Below, piece after piece: positions 12,190 to 23,627 of a stretch of 64,000 nucleotides of DNA (position 1 is the first letter of the stretch; the number at the start of each line of letters is the position of its first letter). The position numbers and the translations under genes are program-made. The notes beneath the pieces are model-generated. The model was not told the DNA's origin, searched no databases, and saw nothing but the letters and a program-made list of their open reading frames with translations. The DNA is from Flectonema sp. DT1601 (lineage: Eukaryota): the NCBI GenBank assembly GCA_964019425.1, contig OZ025795.1:682001-746000 (forward strand), given 5' to 3'.

Positions 12190-14303
12190 CTACAGACCGA
12201 CCCAGTAACTGCGGCCATTTGGGTTGTGTACAGGTGTCGCATTTGGTCCTGAGATACACCACTCGTACCAAACCTGTTTTATTATTAATTAAGGCTTAAG
12301 GTTAAAGATTCACACCCTTCTTTTTGTTATGAAAACATAAAATAAACAAACCTTTCCACTTCCTTCTACACGCCAGAAGACACAACTGACAACGTCTCCC
12401 TTTCTTAGTAGGACTGGTGTTTTGATTGGGAAGTAGATTGGAAACCAACTGAACATTCCCCTCGAGAATGTCTCCGGGTGGCTGTTATGTTGTGTTGTTT
12501 TGTATTAAAGAAGTTGTTAGCAGTTTTAAGAGTTGGAAGAACACTCACACAAAACAAACTCACATACATGCTGATATCTATATCTTTGTATAACGTGGCG
12601 TGGAAGTAACCAGCAAACCCATGACACAAAGCATTCTCCTCAACCTGTGGGGGGTTTGTTTTTGTTTTGATTCATGTTTTATTTTGTTTTGTTTTGGAGA
12701 GTAAAAAGTATACCTCAAATTCAAGAGACAGCATTCTATCATTCTTTTGTGGATATGGTGCTGGTGGTTTTGGATGAATGTATTCAAAACATTCTTTAGG
12801 AGGAGCAATGATATGACCAGCGTGAATCTTTACAACATAAGCAGTCTCAATATGAGTGAGATCATCGTATGCAAGGACATCAGTATGAAGTTTATGACTC
12901 TGAAGAGGAGCGAGGTATGATCGATAAGACTGAGGAATCATAACACCATCAGAAGCAAGGAATCGCTCAGCTCCATCAAGACACTCAGGAGAGAGTTCAT
13001 TGTCACCAAATGATCCTAAAAGTTCACTAATCATAATATCAGCTTTTACAGGTGCGTCCCAAACTCTCATATCAGATTCGATGATTTCAACATTTCCATT
13101 CCAATCTTTCTCACGAAGAAGTCCTCTCAGACAAACGATCGCATTCGGATTCTTCTCCACAGCGTATACCTTAATAGGAACTTTACTTCTTAATCCAGCA
13201 TTAATAGCACCTTTAACCAGAGGTCCTCTACCTGCTCCAACAACCATAACTACAATTGTTCTTTGCTTGCTGGCCATGTCAGTCAGAGCTGCGAATGCTG
13301 CTTCTTCATACTGTCTGTACTTGATAGGGTCTTTCTCAAATACCTCATAAGTTTGACTCTCTAAATTATCCATAAGAGGTTGTAATGGAGCTTGTAAGTA
13401 ATCATGGTAAGCAGCTTCCTCCATCTCTTGAGCAGTCTGATTTATGTTCGCCTTCAAATTGACGACGTAATTTTTATAATAAGAAAGATCACGTCCAGCT
13501 GCTGCTAGTCTTGGGTGGACATCACCTGCGAAGATGACTTGTACTTTATATCTCATAAGTAGAGTTAAGAAATCCAAGTGCTTTTGAGGTAATGAGAAGG
13601 CTCGCTGGTGACCAAAAGTAAAGAGTTCCGTGTTGATAACAACTCCTTTTAAAGGTTCTCCAATCCAACGGTTTAGAATCTTCTCACAAGGTAAATTCTC
13701 AGTCACTTCAAGAACAACACCAAGACGATTGTGATTCTGACACAGCGTACGAAGAGAATTCCACAACAACCAAGCAGTGTCATTATCAGGGTTTTGGTTA
13801 TCACATTCTAATGTGAGTGGAACTCTAATCCAAACATTTAAATACATCGATTTCAATAAAGTTGAAATAATAATTCTCGCTAAATTAGGTGAAGCCTTTG
13901 GTGGTAGGTCAATTAAAACAGCAGGAAGGGTACTGTGAGCAGCGTATGCCATTTCTTTCTTTAGAATTTCGCAACTTGCACCTGCGATGGCGGGGTCTTT
14001 ACTGTCGTAGTCAATTTGAAAATCATCTGACCAGGTTGCAACTTTTCCGACGATCATAGAGCACCAGGAAGTGACGCTCAGAATTTTTTCAGATCTTCCA
14101 AATGGTTCGAAATTATGATTCTGCATCATTGGCATGCAAGCAAAGTCTAACTCTTGTCTTGTTGTTCCTTCTAACACTTCATCGAGTACAGGATAAGCTT
14201 CCATATCAACACGAGAACTCTTTCCACGAGCTGGTGGTACTGTCCCTACTGACGGGACTCGAAAGTCCAACCCAAAGTGAATACCATGATGCTGGCCACT
14301 CAT
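12190..14303 (-). CDS. PRMT5: Protein arginine N-methyltransferase 5
   Basis: [59 protein letters not shown]. Introns 12645-12713, 12482-12567 and 12274-12351 restore [11 protein letters not shown] and the C-terminal VWYEW...[12 protein letters not shown]. Confidence 0.97.
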
Positions 14304-14530
14304 TTTTTATTTTAATCCTGAGACAGTGAGAGATAGTAAACTAAAATTTTCACTTCCTTTTTTTTTTTGAAAGGTTTTTCCTTCAAGTGGAAGGCAAAAA
14401 AGGCTGGGAAACCAAGAATAACAATACAATTACAGATACAATTCATTACGAGGGGGATTTGTTTAAAAAAAAAAAAAAAAAGGGAAAAAGGTAAATAATA
14501 ATAAAAGAGTCGCCTCATGAGATGAACACT

Positions 14531-14746
14531 TCAGTAGTAATACGTTCTTGAATCTGTTGGAACAGATGTTCGTACAAAGACTGGATATTGTCTTCCGTTA
14601 TCACGAGCCATGTTTTCAACAATTTGTTTATAATTCTCACTCGCAGTCAATCTCGCTGTTGTTAATTCCAACGACATTCGTGGTGGAGGTGGAGGTCCAG
14701 CCAAATGCACATAACTTCCCAAATCAGTATCAAAGGCAATAGACAT
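14531..14746 (-). CDS. Small hypothetical protein (71 aa)
   Basis: ATG-initiated ORF with coding-like composition in AT-rich surroundings, co-oriented with all neighbours, with a CAG ~17 nt upstream. Confidence 0.55.
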   Translation of the reverse strand: MSIAFDTDLGSYVHLAGPPPPPRMSLELTTARLTASENYKQIVENMARDNGRQYPVFVRTSVPTDSRTYYY

Positions 14747-15206
14747 GTTGTATGGTAGTAAAACTGTTATAAAACATTATTATAAAAAAAAAAAAAACAC
14801 GACCGGAAATTTGGAATTATCGTTTTTGCGAACCCAAAAAGAACTCAATATGCTGGATATCTGTTTCAAAGAATAAAAAAACAATAAAAAGTTCAAACAG
14901 AGTCAATCAATAAAGTAATCAGTAGTTCATCCTTCTCCATCATCGAAACGGTTCAGCCTTACCAGATGTTTTTATTTGTTAAATTCTATCTCTTGTGGTC
15001 ATCATAAGTAAACCAATCGCTGAACAGTATTTACGTTAATTGTGTTTTTTTTAATATAACTTTCGTGTGGTTCGTAGCTCTCCAGTTTGTTGATTTTTAA
15101 CAGTCAGGTTTGCCACGAAAAAAAAAAAATGTTGTGATCTCACACATCAATTTTCAAATACAAAAAAAATCCATCCTTATATATTAATAATACATACCAA
15201 ACAACG

Positions 15207-18200
15207 TTATTCAATACTCAATCGCAGTGATGCAACAAAGCTATCAGGAAATACTTGCCACCTGAAAGTTTTTTTTAAATTTTTTTATTGTGTTTATCCG
15301 TTAGAGTTCCTCCTAAGTTTGCTGTGGTTATATTATTAAAGTCACACACAAGACTATACTAAAACACATACTTCTTCCAAACCTGTAGAACGTTGTTGAT
15401 TGGCTGCCGCAACTCATCAGTTATTTGAAGCGTCTCACGAAGAGATATGAAAACACGAGGTAAGATTCCTTCAACGTATTTTCTGTAAAGACGTGCATTG
15501 GGTGCTCTACTAGAACTGTTGTGTAAGATATCAGATACCAGATGAACTCTACAAAGTTTCATCTGCCAAGGTGTTTCTCTTAAAGTTAACGCGTCAGCTA
15601 AGATATCAGAAATCTGTTGTGATGAGATCGAGTTCTCAATACAAAACATCATCGCATTTGAGATGGAATCTCGAGTTCCTTTTAGCTCTCTCAGGATGGT
15701 AAAGAACTCATTCTTTTGCGATTCTTCTAAAGGAGTTGTCCCACTACTCTGTGGAACCTTTAGACTAATATCTGTTTCAATGTCTGACTGAAACTGTGAA
15801 GGAGGAACCCACACTGAACAGTCTCCTAAATACATTTGAAAAGGAGTTGTTCTCCAACTGTTCATTGAGTCTCCTTGTGACAATGAGTACACTCTCCAGA
15901 TGTAATATATTTGTTCTGGAGATGTATAAGGTGGGCGAAGGAATGCAAAAGCTGGATTGCTGGCTTCTCTGGTGCTCAGCGCTTCTTCGAAGTCACCTCC
16001 GTACTTTACTACAGAAGCAGCTGCCAAATCAATTAAATTACGAGTGTGAGTTGCCATTGACGGATCCACTTCAACTGTTTTGAGAATTGGAAATCGACTC
16101 TTAGCATCTTCAAGACTTGTTGTCTCAAAGTCGATGTATGTCGGATATTCAGGGACTCGATATGGTTCTGGTGACATTACGACTGTTAACTTATTTCCGT
16201 CAAGTTCGCGTCCGTCCAACTCAATTACAGCAGCTTCCGCATCCCCATGACTCATAAAAGTGACAACTGAATAGTTTACTGGTGTTGATGATCTCGTCTT
16301 TGAAATAGAGATACCTCCAAGTGGTCCATACTTAACCGATATCGATGCAACTTGTTCAACAGTTGTCCAGTCAGCGAGGTCTTTAATAAATATCGTACAT
16401 GACTCACTTGGAGTATTTCCAATAATTATCGGATCAGATGGAGCGTTCAATGCGAACCATTTCTCATCATCGTCTACGTCGTCATCTTCTGGTGTCGGTG
16501 ATCTCGATCGTGAATGTGATTTCAAATTACTTTCTCCTTCTGATCTCGTTGGATCTTTGTGTGGGGTACCTGGAGCTGAATTAGAAGACGCCGAGAAGTC
16601 ATCAGCAGCAAGCGGATTACCACCTGCAGTAGTAGTAGACCAAGAGGAGGTTCCCTTGCTAGCGTCTGCTGGAAAGTTGTAAGGAATCGATTCTGGGTTT
16701 GAGTCTTTGGCCACCGGAGGGGGAGCCGGGGGGGGAACTCCTGGAATTGCCATCGGAGGATATCCAGGCATTGGTGGGTATGGAAATGGTAGCTGTCCAG
16801 TTCCAGGTGGTGGGTACCCCGGCAAGGGAGGAAATCCGCTGCCAGACGGAGGCATCATCGGATAGCCAGGAAACCCTGCAGGAGGAAACCCTTCAGGAGG
16901 GTATCCAAAAGGAAAAGGATTGGGAAACATTCCAAAACCAGAATGCGGATAATCAGAACCTGGAGGAGGAAAGTAACCAGGTTGGAGCGAAGGCAGGGGA
17001 AGAGGTACAGCTGGAGCAGGTGGCATTCCCACTGGTGGTGGTACTCCAGCAGCGGCAACCACAGTCGGTGCCATTGGAATGACAGATGCGGGCGGTGCCG
17101 AAACTGGTTGTGTAACTGAAGCGTTACTCATCGGAGGTGGCGGAGGAGCAGCTATTGGTAAAGGAACACTTGCTGGAGGTGGAATAGTTGGCATTACTGG
17201 AGGAGGTACTGGAACTGCTGCAGGTGCTATTTCAGGTGTTGCTATTTCTTCAGGAAGTGGTGCAGCACCCAGCAGCCCTCTCTGCTGTGACTTCGAAAAA
17301 GGGGGAGCTTCTGCTTTGTAATTCGAGGAATGAGCGTGACTGTGATTATTATGAGGTGGACGCTGTTCTTGTGGGCGGTGGCCCATCCGATATTTCTCAT
17401 TCTTCTCCTCAAGTTTGATAGCTCTCCCATCAACAATCTTGTCTGATCCTTTCATAAAAGTCGGTCCAATATCATCATCGTCACTACTCTCTGCTGTTCC
17501 ATCAAAGCGACCAATTGCTGCAGCCATTGCTTCCTCAGCTTTTTGTTTCTCAAGATCTTGCTTTTGCTTTTTCTTTTTTGCTGATTTGGCAGCAGTGCCA
17601 GCGGCTCCTCGCTCAAATTTCTTAATGACCGCGTCGTTGGCTTTGGAGGAAGTAAATTTAGCGTTTACTAACATTTCTCTGTTTTTTAATACAATTATTT
17701 AGTGGTCAACAGAACTACTGTTGAAGGAGTGAAGATACCCTGCCCCTTTGTGCTTTAGCAGTTAAGGGAATTTTACATACTTTAAATGCTCTTTTCTTGT
17801 TTCCTCTTCTTTCTGTCTCTGTGTCTCTCGTTCTCTTAGTTCTTTAATGCGATGCTCTTCTTTTCTTTCAGTGGAAGTTTTTCTTGGAGACTTTGTCAGG
17901 TCTTTCCTTCGTTTACGAGGGGACCTGATGGGATTATTTTGATTAACTGAAATAGTTTTGGGAACTGTGACACCAGACATGAGATTGAATTGTGACGTAC
18001 CTGGTGGTTGGTCTTCTCCTGTCGTTTGATCTGCTTCTTCTTCTTTCAGGACTATAATTAATTGTATTGAATTGTTAACTTGTTAAGTTGTTTTAATATG
18101 AACAGTCTACACAAACCTTGATGAAAAGGAACGATGACGTCTTCCTCTCTTTTGAAGAGAACGATCAGAACTTAGTTCCCGACGTCTCCAATCATCATCG

Positions 18201-18268
18201 CGACCTCGAGGTCGTTCTCTTCTATCGATGTAACGCTCTCGATCTCTGTGTCTATCTTCTCTCGCCAT
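15207..18268 (-). CDS. U2SURP: U2 snRNP-associated SURP motif-containing protein (SR140)
   Basis: RS/RD-rich N-terminal exons, Pro-rich region, RRM, SURP (VVKYGGDFEEAL...NPAFAFL; YYIWRVYSLSQGD) and CID (RDSISNAMMFCIE; HLVSDILHNS). Introns 18052-18116, 17679-17780 and 15262-15371; ends WQVFPDSFVASLRLSIE*. Confidence 0.9.
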
Positions 18269-19052
18269 CTTACTAAGGCGACGACGCTATATTGAAAAAA
18301 GAATTTCGTTCAGTTTCACGAGTAGTTCTCAAATCCGATGACTCGAAACTTTCTGAGAGAAGAAATATAATTATTAAAGAGTAGTTTAACTTACTATTTT
18401 CAACTGTTATCACGCATCGTCAGTTATCGACTCCCGCCGGAGTAATAGAAAAGGGAATTTGTTTAGTTTATGAGAAAAAGAAACTTGCGAGAGGAGAAGC
18501 AATAGTGGAAGCAGAAGCCGAGGGCGTTAAAGTCTGGGTTTTTTTTTTTTAAATTTTTTTTTAAATTCATACTTTTTCTTTTTGTTTTCTTGCTTTGAGG
18601 AAGCCTTTTCCTCCCTATAATAATTGTTTTTTTTTTTTTGCTTTTTTTTTTTTTTTTTTTGTTTTGCTCAATAATGTCAAATCTGGCAAAATAGAAATAA
18701 AGAAACTGAAAAAAGGGTGCTGGTGCTGTTACAGAACTGTCCTCCTATTCTTGTTTTATTTTCATTTTTTTTTTTTTTTCCCCTTTAAAAAGATTTTTCA
18801 AAAATAAAATAAAAAGCTGTTTGTGGTCCTAACACAAGACTGACAAAAAATAACTCAAAAAAGCATTAGTTTTGAGCTCTCTGGTATGTCCCGTGGTACC
18901 CAACGTCAGCAATTTCTTGCTTGACTGCTATCGTGGCTCACAAAGCAAAGCTAGTACACAAGTAAAGGGGGAAAAAAGGAGCGACTACATCAAAAGAAGA
19001 AAGTTTTCTTCCTTTTTTTTCAACCAAACAAATTGTTATAATACATAATTTA

Positions 19053-19083
<31 letters not shown>

Positions 19084-19651
19084 GTTTTTTTTTTTATACT
19101 GTGGATGACTTTTCTTCTTTTTTGGAAAATAAATGTCCGGGCTCCTCGGGTTCTTTTGGGTAATATACGCACAGGCAAGGAAAAAAATTGGCTGACTACA
19201 CTACAAAAAGAAAAAATAAATCTTAGTTTTGCGCGCAAGCCATTAAAACAAAAAAACGAACGAAAAGAGAGAACAAATACTTTCGGAAGTATTGTTGTAA
19301 GACAGAGAGGTAGCTGTTTTTTTTAAAATTAATTTTTATCTCCGCATGAGTGTGACTTGTTTAGCTGCAAACTAAAACATTATTATTATCATTATTTTTC
19401 TTTTTTTTTTTTTAAAAAAAAATTTTCCCCCCTCTGTTGTTCTCTTTTGTGACGTGCTTTCCCAGGAGGAAAACCCAAAAAGATGATTTTGAATAAGAAA
19501 AAAGGGAAAATTCGGTTCCTCACTCTATCGTGCTGGAGGAAAGAGGGAGAGGAGATTATTTGAAGTATTCGTAATAAAAATAAATTTAGTAAACCCGAGG
19601 GAGAAGAATATCAAAATCAATCAAACAAAACAACAGCGGCGGTGAATAAAC

Positions 19652-21300
19652 TTAAATCTCAATGACTCTCGTTTGGTTAGCAAATCCTGATTGTTTGTTT
19701 TGTTTTTCCATGTCAGTCATGACATCACATTCAGATATTAAAATAGAATAATCATACCAATAGTACTTGTATCAGCGTGAACAAGAATTACCTTGTCTCC
19801 CTTGGAGAGGAATTTATCTGACTTCAGATGCTGTTTTTGTTTTTTTATTCGTTGTGATTAATTCAACAAACAGAAGACACAAATATAAAAACATACCTCA
19901 AGAGCAAAGTTGATTCTCTTCTCTCTCGTGACATCTTCTTCTTCATCATAAAGAATCGTGTAGGTAGAGCGAGTGATGGCAAGCTGACGAGCAGTGCAAG
20001 GAGTTTTTGTAACACAGAGAATTGGACAAGCAGGACGATACTTAGCAATCAACCTTGCAGTCTTACCAGAGTTAGTAAGTACAATGATGCAGCGACAGCT
20101 GAGCTCAAAAGCAGTCTTCACAGAGGAGGCTGCGATAGATTCTTCAATCGAAACATTTGATTGAAGAGATCTAATTGAAGTAAACATTAGAGTTCCTTGA
20201 GTAGCAAGTTGTGCTTCATCACAAATGTTTGCCATGGTCCTGACAGTTACTTCTGGATAGTTCCCCTTAGCAGTCTCACCACTAAGCATAACACAGTCAG
20301 CTCCATCAAGAACTGCATTCGCTACGTCTGAAACTTCAGCTCTGGTTGGTCTCGGGTTGTAGGTCATCGATTCAAGCATTTGAGTTGCGCAGATGACGGG
20401 TTTTCCTGCCAAGTTACACTTCGAAATCATCATTTTCTGAGCTACGAAAACCTTCTCAGCAGGAATCTCAATTCCTAAGTCACCTCTAGCGACCATGATA
20501 CCTTCAGAAGCTTCGAGGATCGCATCAAAGTTTCTGACTCCTTCGTGGTTTTCAATCTTTGAAATGATCATAATATCTTTTCCTTTCTCTCCGAGTGCTT
20601 TACGGACTTCCTGCACCTGTTCAGCAGTTCTGATGAATGAAGCGAAAACCATGTCAACTCCCTGCTCTGCTCCAAAGGCGAGATCACCCTTATCCTTATC
20701 AGTGACAGCAGGTAAATCAACATTCACATTCGGAAGGTTAACACCCTTGTGACTACTAATTGGAGCAGCGTTAACTACTTCTGTTTCTAAGAAGTTCTCT
20801 CCGACGTTAACAACTTTCAGACTGAGCAGACCGTCGTCAATGAAAATAATTTGTCCCTTTTCCATAACCTTCGTAATGTTCTTGTAGTCGACGTAAAAGA
20901 TATCTTTGTTTCCTTTATTGTAGTAGTCACTGTCTGTTGTGATTTTTATTTTATCCCCAACACTAAGTTTTACTTCACCATCAGGAAAGTTTCCAGTTCT
21001 AATTTCAGGACCCTTTGTGTCAAGAGCTATGGCGATATCTGTCCTTCCTAATTCTGATGCCGCCTGTCTTGCATTTGCGATAGTCTTCGTGTGGTATTCG
21101 TGAGTTCCGTGTGAGAAGTTATTCCTCACAACAGTCAGACCAGCTTTGATTAATCCTTTAAGTGACTCAACACTCTGAGTCTTGGGTCCAATTGTACAAA
21201 CAACCTTATTAGCATGATTATATCTACTGTCACATTTAGGGTCAGAGTAAATATCAAGTTTGGTGTTGTGGTGAACCTGACTGTAGACGGAGTTGTCCAT
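19652..21300 (-). CDS. PYK: Pyruvate kinase (trypanosomatid-like)
   Basis: CTIGP, NFSHG, DTKGPEIRTG, IISKIEN, MVARGDLG, ATQMLESM, PRPTRAEVSDVANAVLDGADCVMLSGETAKG. Introns 19831-19896 and 19687-19757 give the C-terminus ...VILVHADTSTIGFANQTRVIEI*. Confidence 0.98.
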
Positions 21301-21702
21301 TTTTAGTTTTTTTTTTTAAAGTTTGTTACGCTAAACCTGAGGAGGAGAGATTATATCGACGTGCGATTGAATTATATAAAAATAAGGGAATTTTGGGTTC
21401 ATTTCATTGTTTACCTGTTCTGAAGTAAAATATTTTATCTAAAAAACACGACTGATGATGAAAAAAGTAATAACATGTTTTTAAAAAAAGGAAAGTATTA
21501 ACTTGACCTATTTATTGCTTTTTTTGGTAACTGACAACCATCGGTCTCCGTGAAAGAGAGATTTGGCAGCTTGTATAAAGGCTAAAGAGAGGAGGATGTT
21601 GGATTCGTCAAAACAACGTACTGCAGTCCAACTGTGTATAGGAAACCACGAAATTGAGGAAGTTGGTCACCTTAAAGTCGTATAACGACAAGTTTATATA
21701 TT

Positions 21703-22640
21703 CTAGTCTTCTGTCACAGTGCATGCCATCACACCTCCATCGACGAATAAATCTGTACCAGTACAGTACGAACTGTAGTTATTGGTATTAAATGTTATTA
21801 AGAAAGTATTTAATTGAGATAATCAAAAAAAACAAACCTTTCGCTACACGATAAAAAGACTGCAGCATTGGCAACCTCTCTGACGCTACCAACTCGTTTG
21901 AGCATCACATCTCTGGTTTTCATGCGTTCCCATTCTTCGTATGTCCATCCGAGAGATGCTCTCTCAACTTTTAGGATCGGTGTTTCAATAGTACCTGCGC
22001 ACAGAGAGTTCACACGAATGTTGTATTTCGCTAAATCATAAGCAGCACTACGTGCCATTTGAGTAATAGCTCCCTTAATCGTGCTGTAGGTCGTACAATT
22101 CGGTTGACCTTTATAAGAAGAAATCGATCCAATAAAAACAACACTACCGCCACCATTTTCTTTCAGTTGAGGAATGGCATGTTTTGTTAGCATTGCATGA
22201 CCTTTGATATTCACACGACAGGTCTCATCCCACTGTTCTTCAGTTGAGTCTTCAATATTTGAGAAAACGAATTTGCAAGCGTTATTGACGAGGGTATCAC
22301 AAGGACCAAACTTAGACTTCACTTCATTCATAAAATTAATACAATTTACTTCCTTTGATATGTCACCATTATAGGCCAGTACACAGTCGTTAACATCTTT
22401 GTCGAGGTTTTTTATACTTCCAATCAGATCTAACGTTTCATTGTGGCAGTCGGGTGACATCATTGCAACCTTTCCTCCTTCTTCAATAAACTTAACTGCG
22501 ATGGCTTGACCGAATCCTCTGCTTGCTCCACTTATGACACAGACTTTATCTTTTAATCTTGGTTCTAAAGACATCTTTTGTACAACATCCAAACACGGAG
22601 GTGTGAATACTCTCCTTACTTGTCGCAGTGAGCGAATCAT
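21703..22640 (-). CDS. Short-chain dehydrogenase/reductase with probable mitochondrial presequence
   Basis: SGASRGFG, LVNNA, catalytic S...YSTIK, IRVNSLCAGTIET. Intron 21773-21837 restores SSYCTGTDLFVDGG. Arg-rich N-terminus MIRSLRQVRRVF. Confidence 0.93.
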
Positions 22641-22897
22641 ATTGTCTGACTCCTTTGAATAAAAATTTAATGTTTTTTTTGTTATTGTATTGGTGTGGAA
22701 TGGAAGACAAAAAGTATTCGGTGCATCTCTTCAGTAATTCCAGGGGAGAAGTATATCAGGTAATTGAATTACTTGCATGGGGTGCTTGGCGCTGCAAAAA
22801 TCAGAAAAAGGAAGAATCTCATTCATTGGTTCACAGATCAGAGTGCAATAATAATTAGAATGCACTGCTCGCTTATGACAAAGCGTTTTTCCTATTA

Positions 22898-23455
22898 TTA
22901 TTTGCTTCGCTCTTTGTTAAAGAGAGCGAGACCGTTGCGATAATCAGAAATCTGTAGTCCAGAAGGTGTTTCAAAACCGATAACTCCGATAGTTTTACGA
23001 AGATCTTTAACATGGTTATCCCAATTACAGTCATCAAAGAATAACATGTCTTTAAAATCAATTCCAGACTCCTCTTTTAGATATTTGAAATGAGTTGTTT
23101 TACGACTTGTTAATTTACCAGTTCTCCCAATCTGCATATAATCAAAACAACTGAGAGCGTTAACACCTGGAGCTACCTCCAACAGTCGAAGGCATTCCAT
23201 TGAATATCTCGGTTCTAAACTACTGCTTGCTGCAGCTATTTTGATATCTCCTCCTCTCAGCTCATTCAAAGCTACAAATGCTCCTGGGTGTAGCTTTACA
23301 GTATATTGGTTGTCAGCTGCTCCTATTATTCCTTCGTTTCCACATGGAAGTTTACCCTTAATGGCTTTACTTGGCATTCCATTTAAAATATATACTTCAG
23401 GATCCCATAAGCAGGAGTCAAGGTCGAATACTATCATCTTAGGGAGTACGGACAT
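22898..23455 (-). CDS. MDP1: Magnesium-dependent phosphatase 1 (HAD family)
   Basis: PKMIVFDLDSCLW, IAAASS, KTTHF, MLFFDD motifs. Confidence 0.88.
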   Translation of the reverse strand: MSVLPKMIVFDLDSCLWDPEVYILNGMPSKAIKGKLPCGNEGIIGAADNQYTVKLHPGAFVALNELRGGDIKIAAASSSLEPRYSMECLRLLEVAPGVNALSCFDYMQIGRTGKLTSRKTTHFKYLKEESGIDFKDMLFFDDCNWDNHVKDLRKTIGVIGFETPSGLQISDYRNGLALFNKERSK

Positions 23456-23627
23456 CTTTAATTTATATATTCTGTTGGGAGTGAGTTGTAATTTGTAAAG
23501 CTTGTCATTTCTTTTTTCTTATTTCAGGCATTCTGATCTCATGTTGATTGTTAAATCGATGAGATTTCTAAAAGTGTAAAGTAACCGCTGCTATCGAAAA
23601 CGATAGTTAAGAATATGAAAGAAGACA

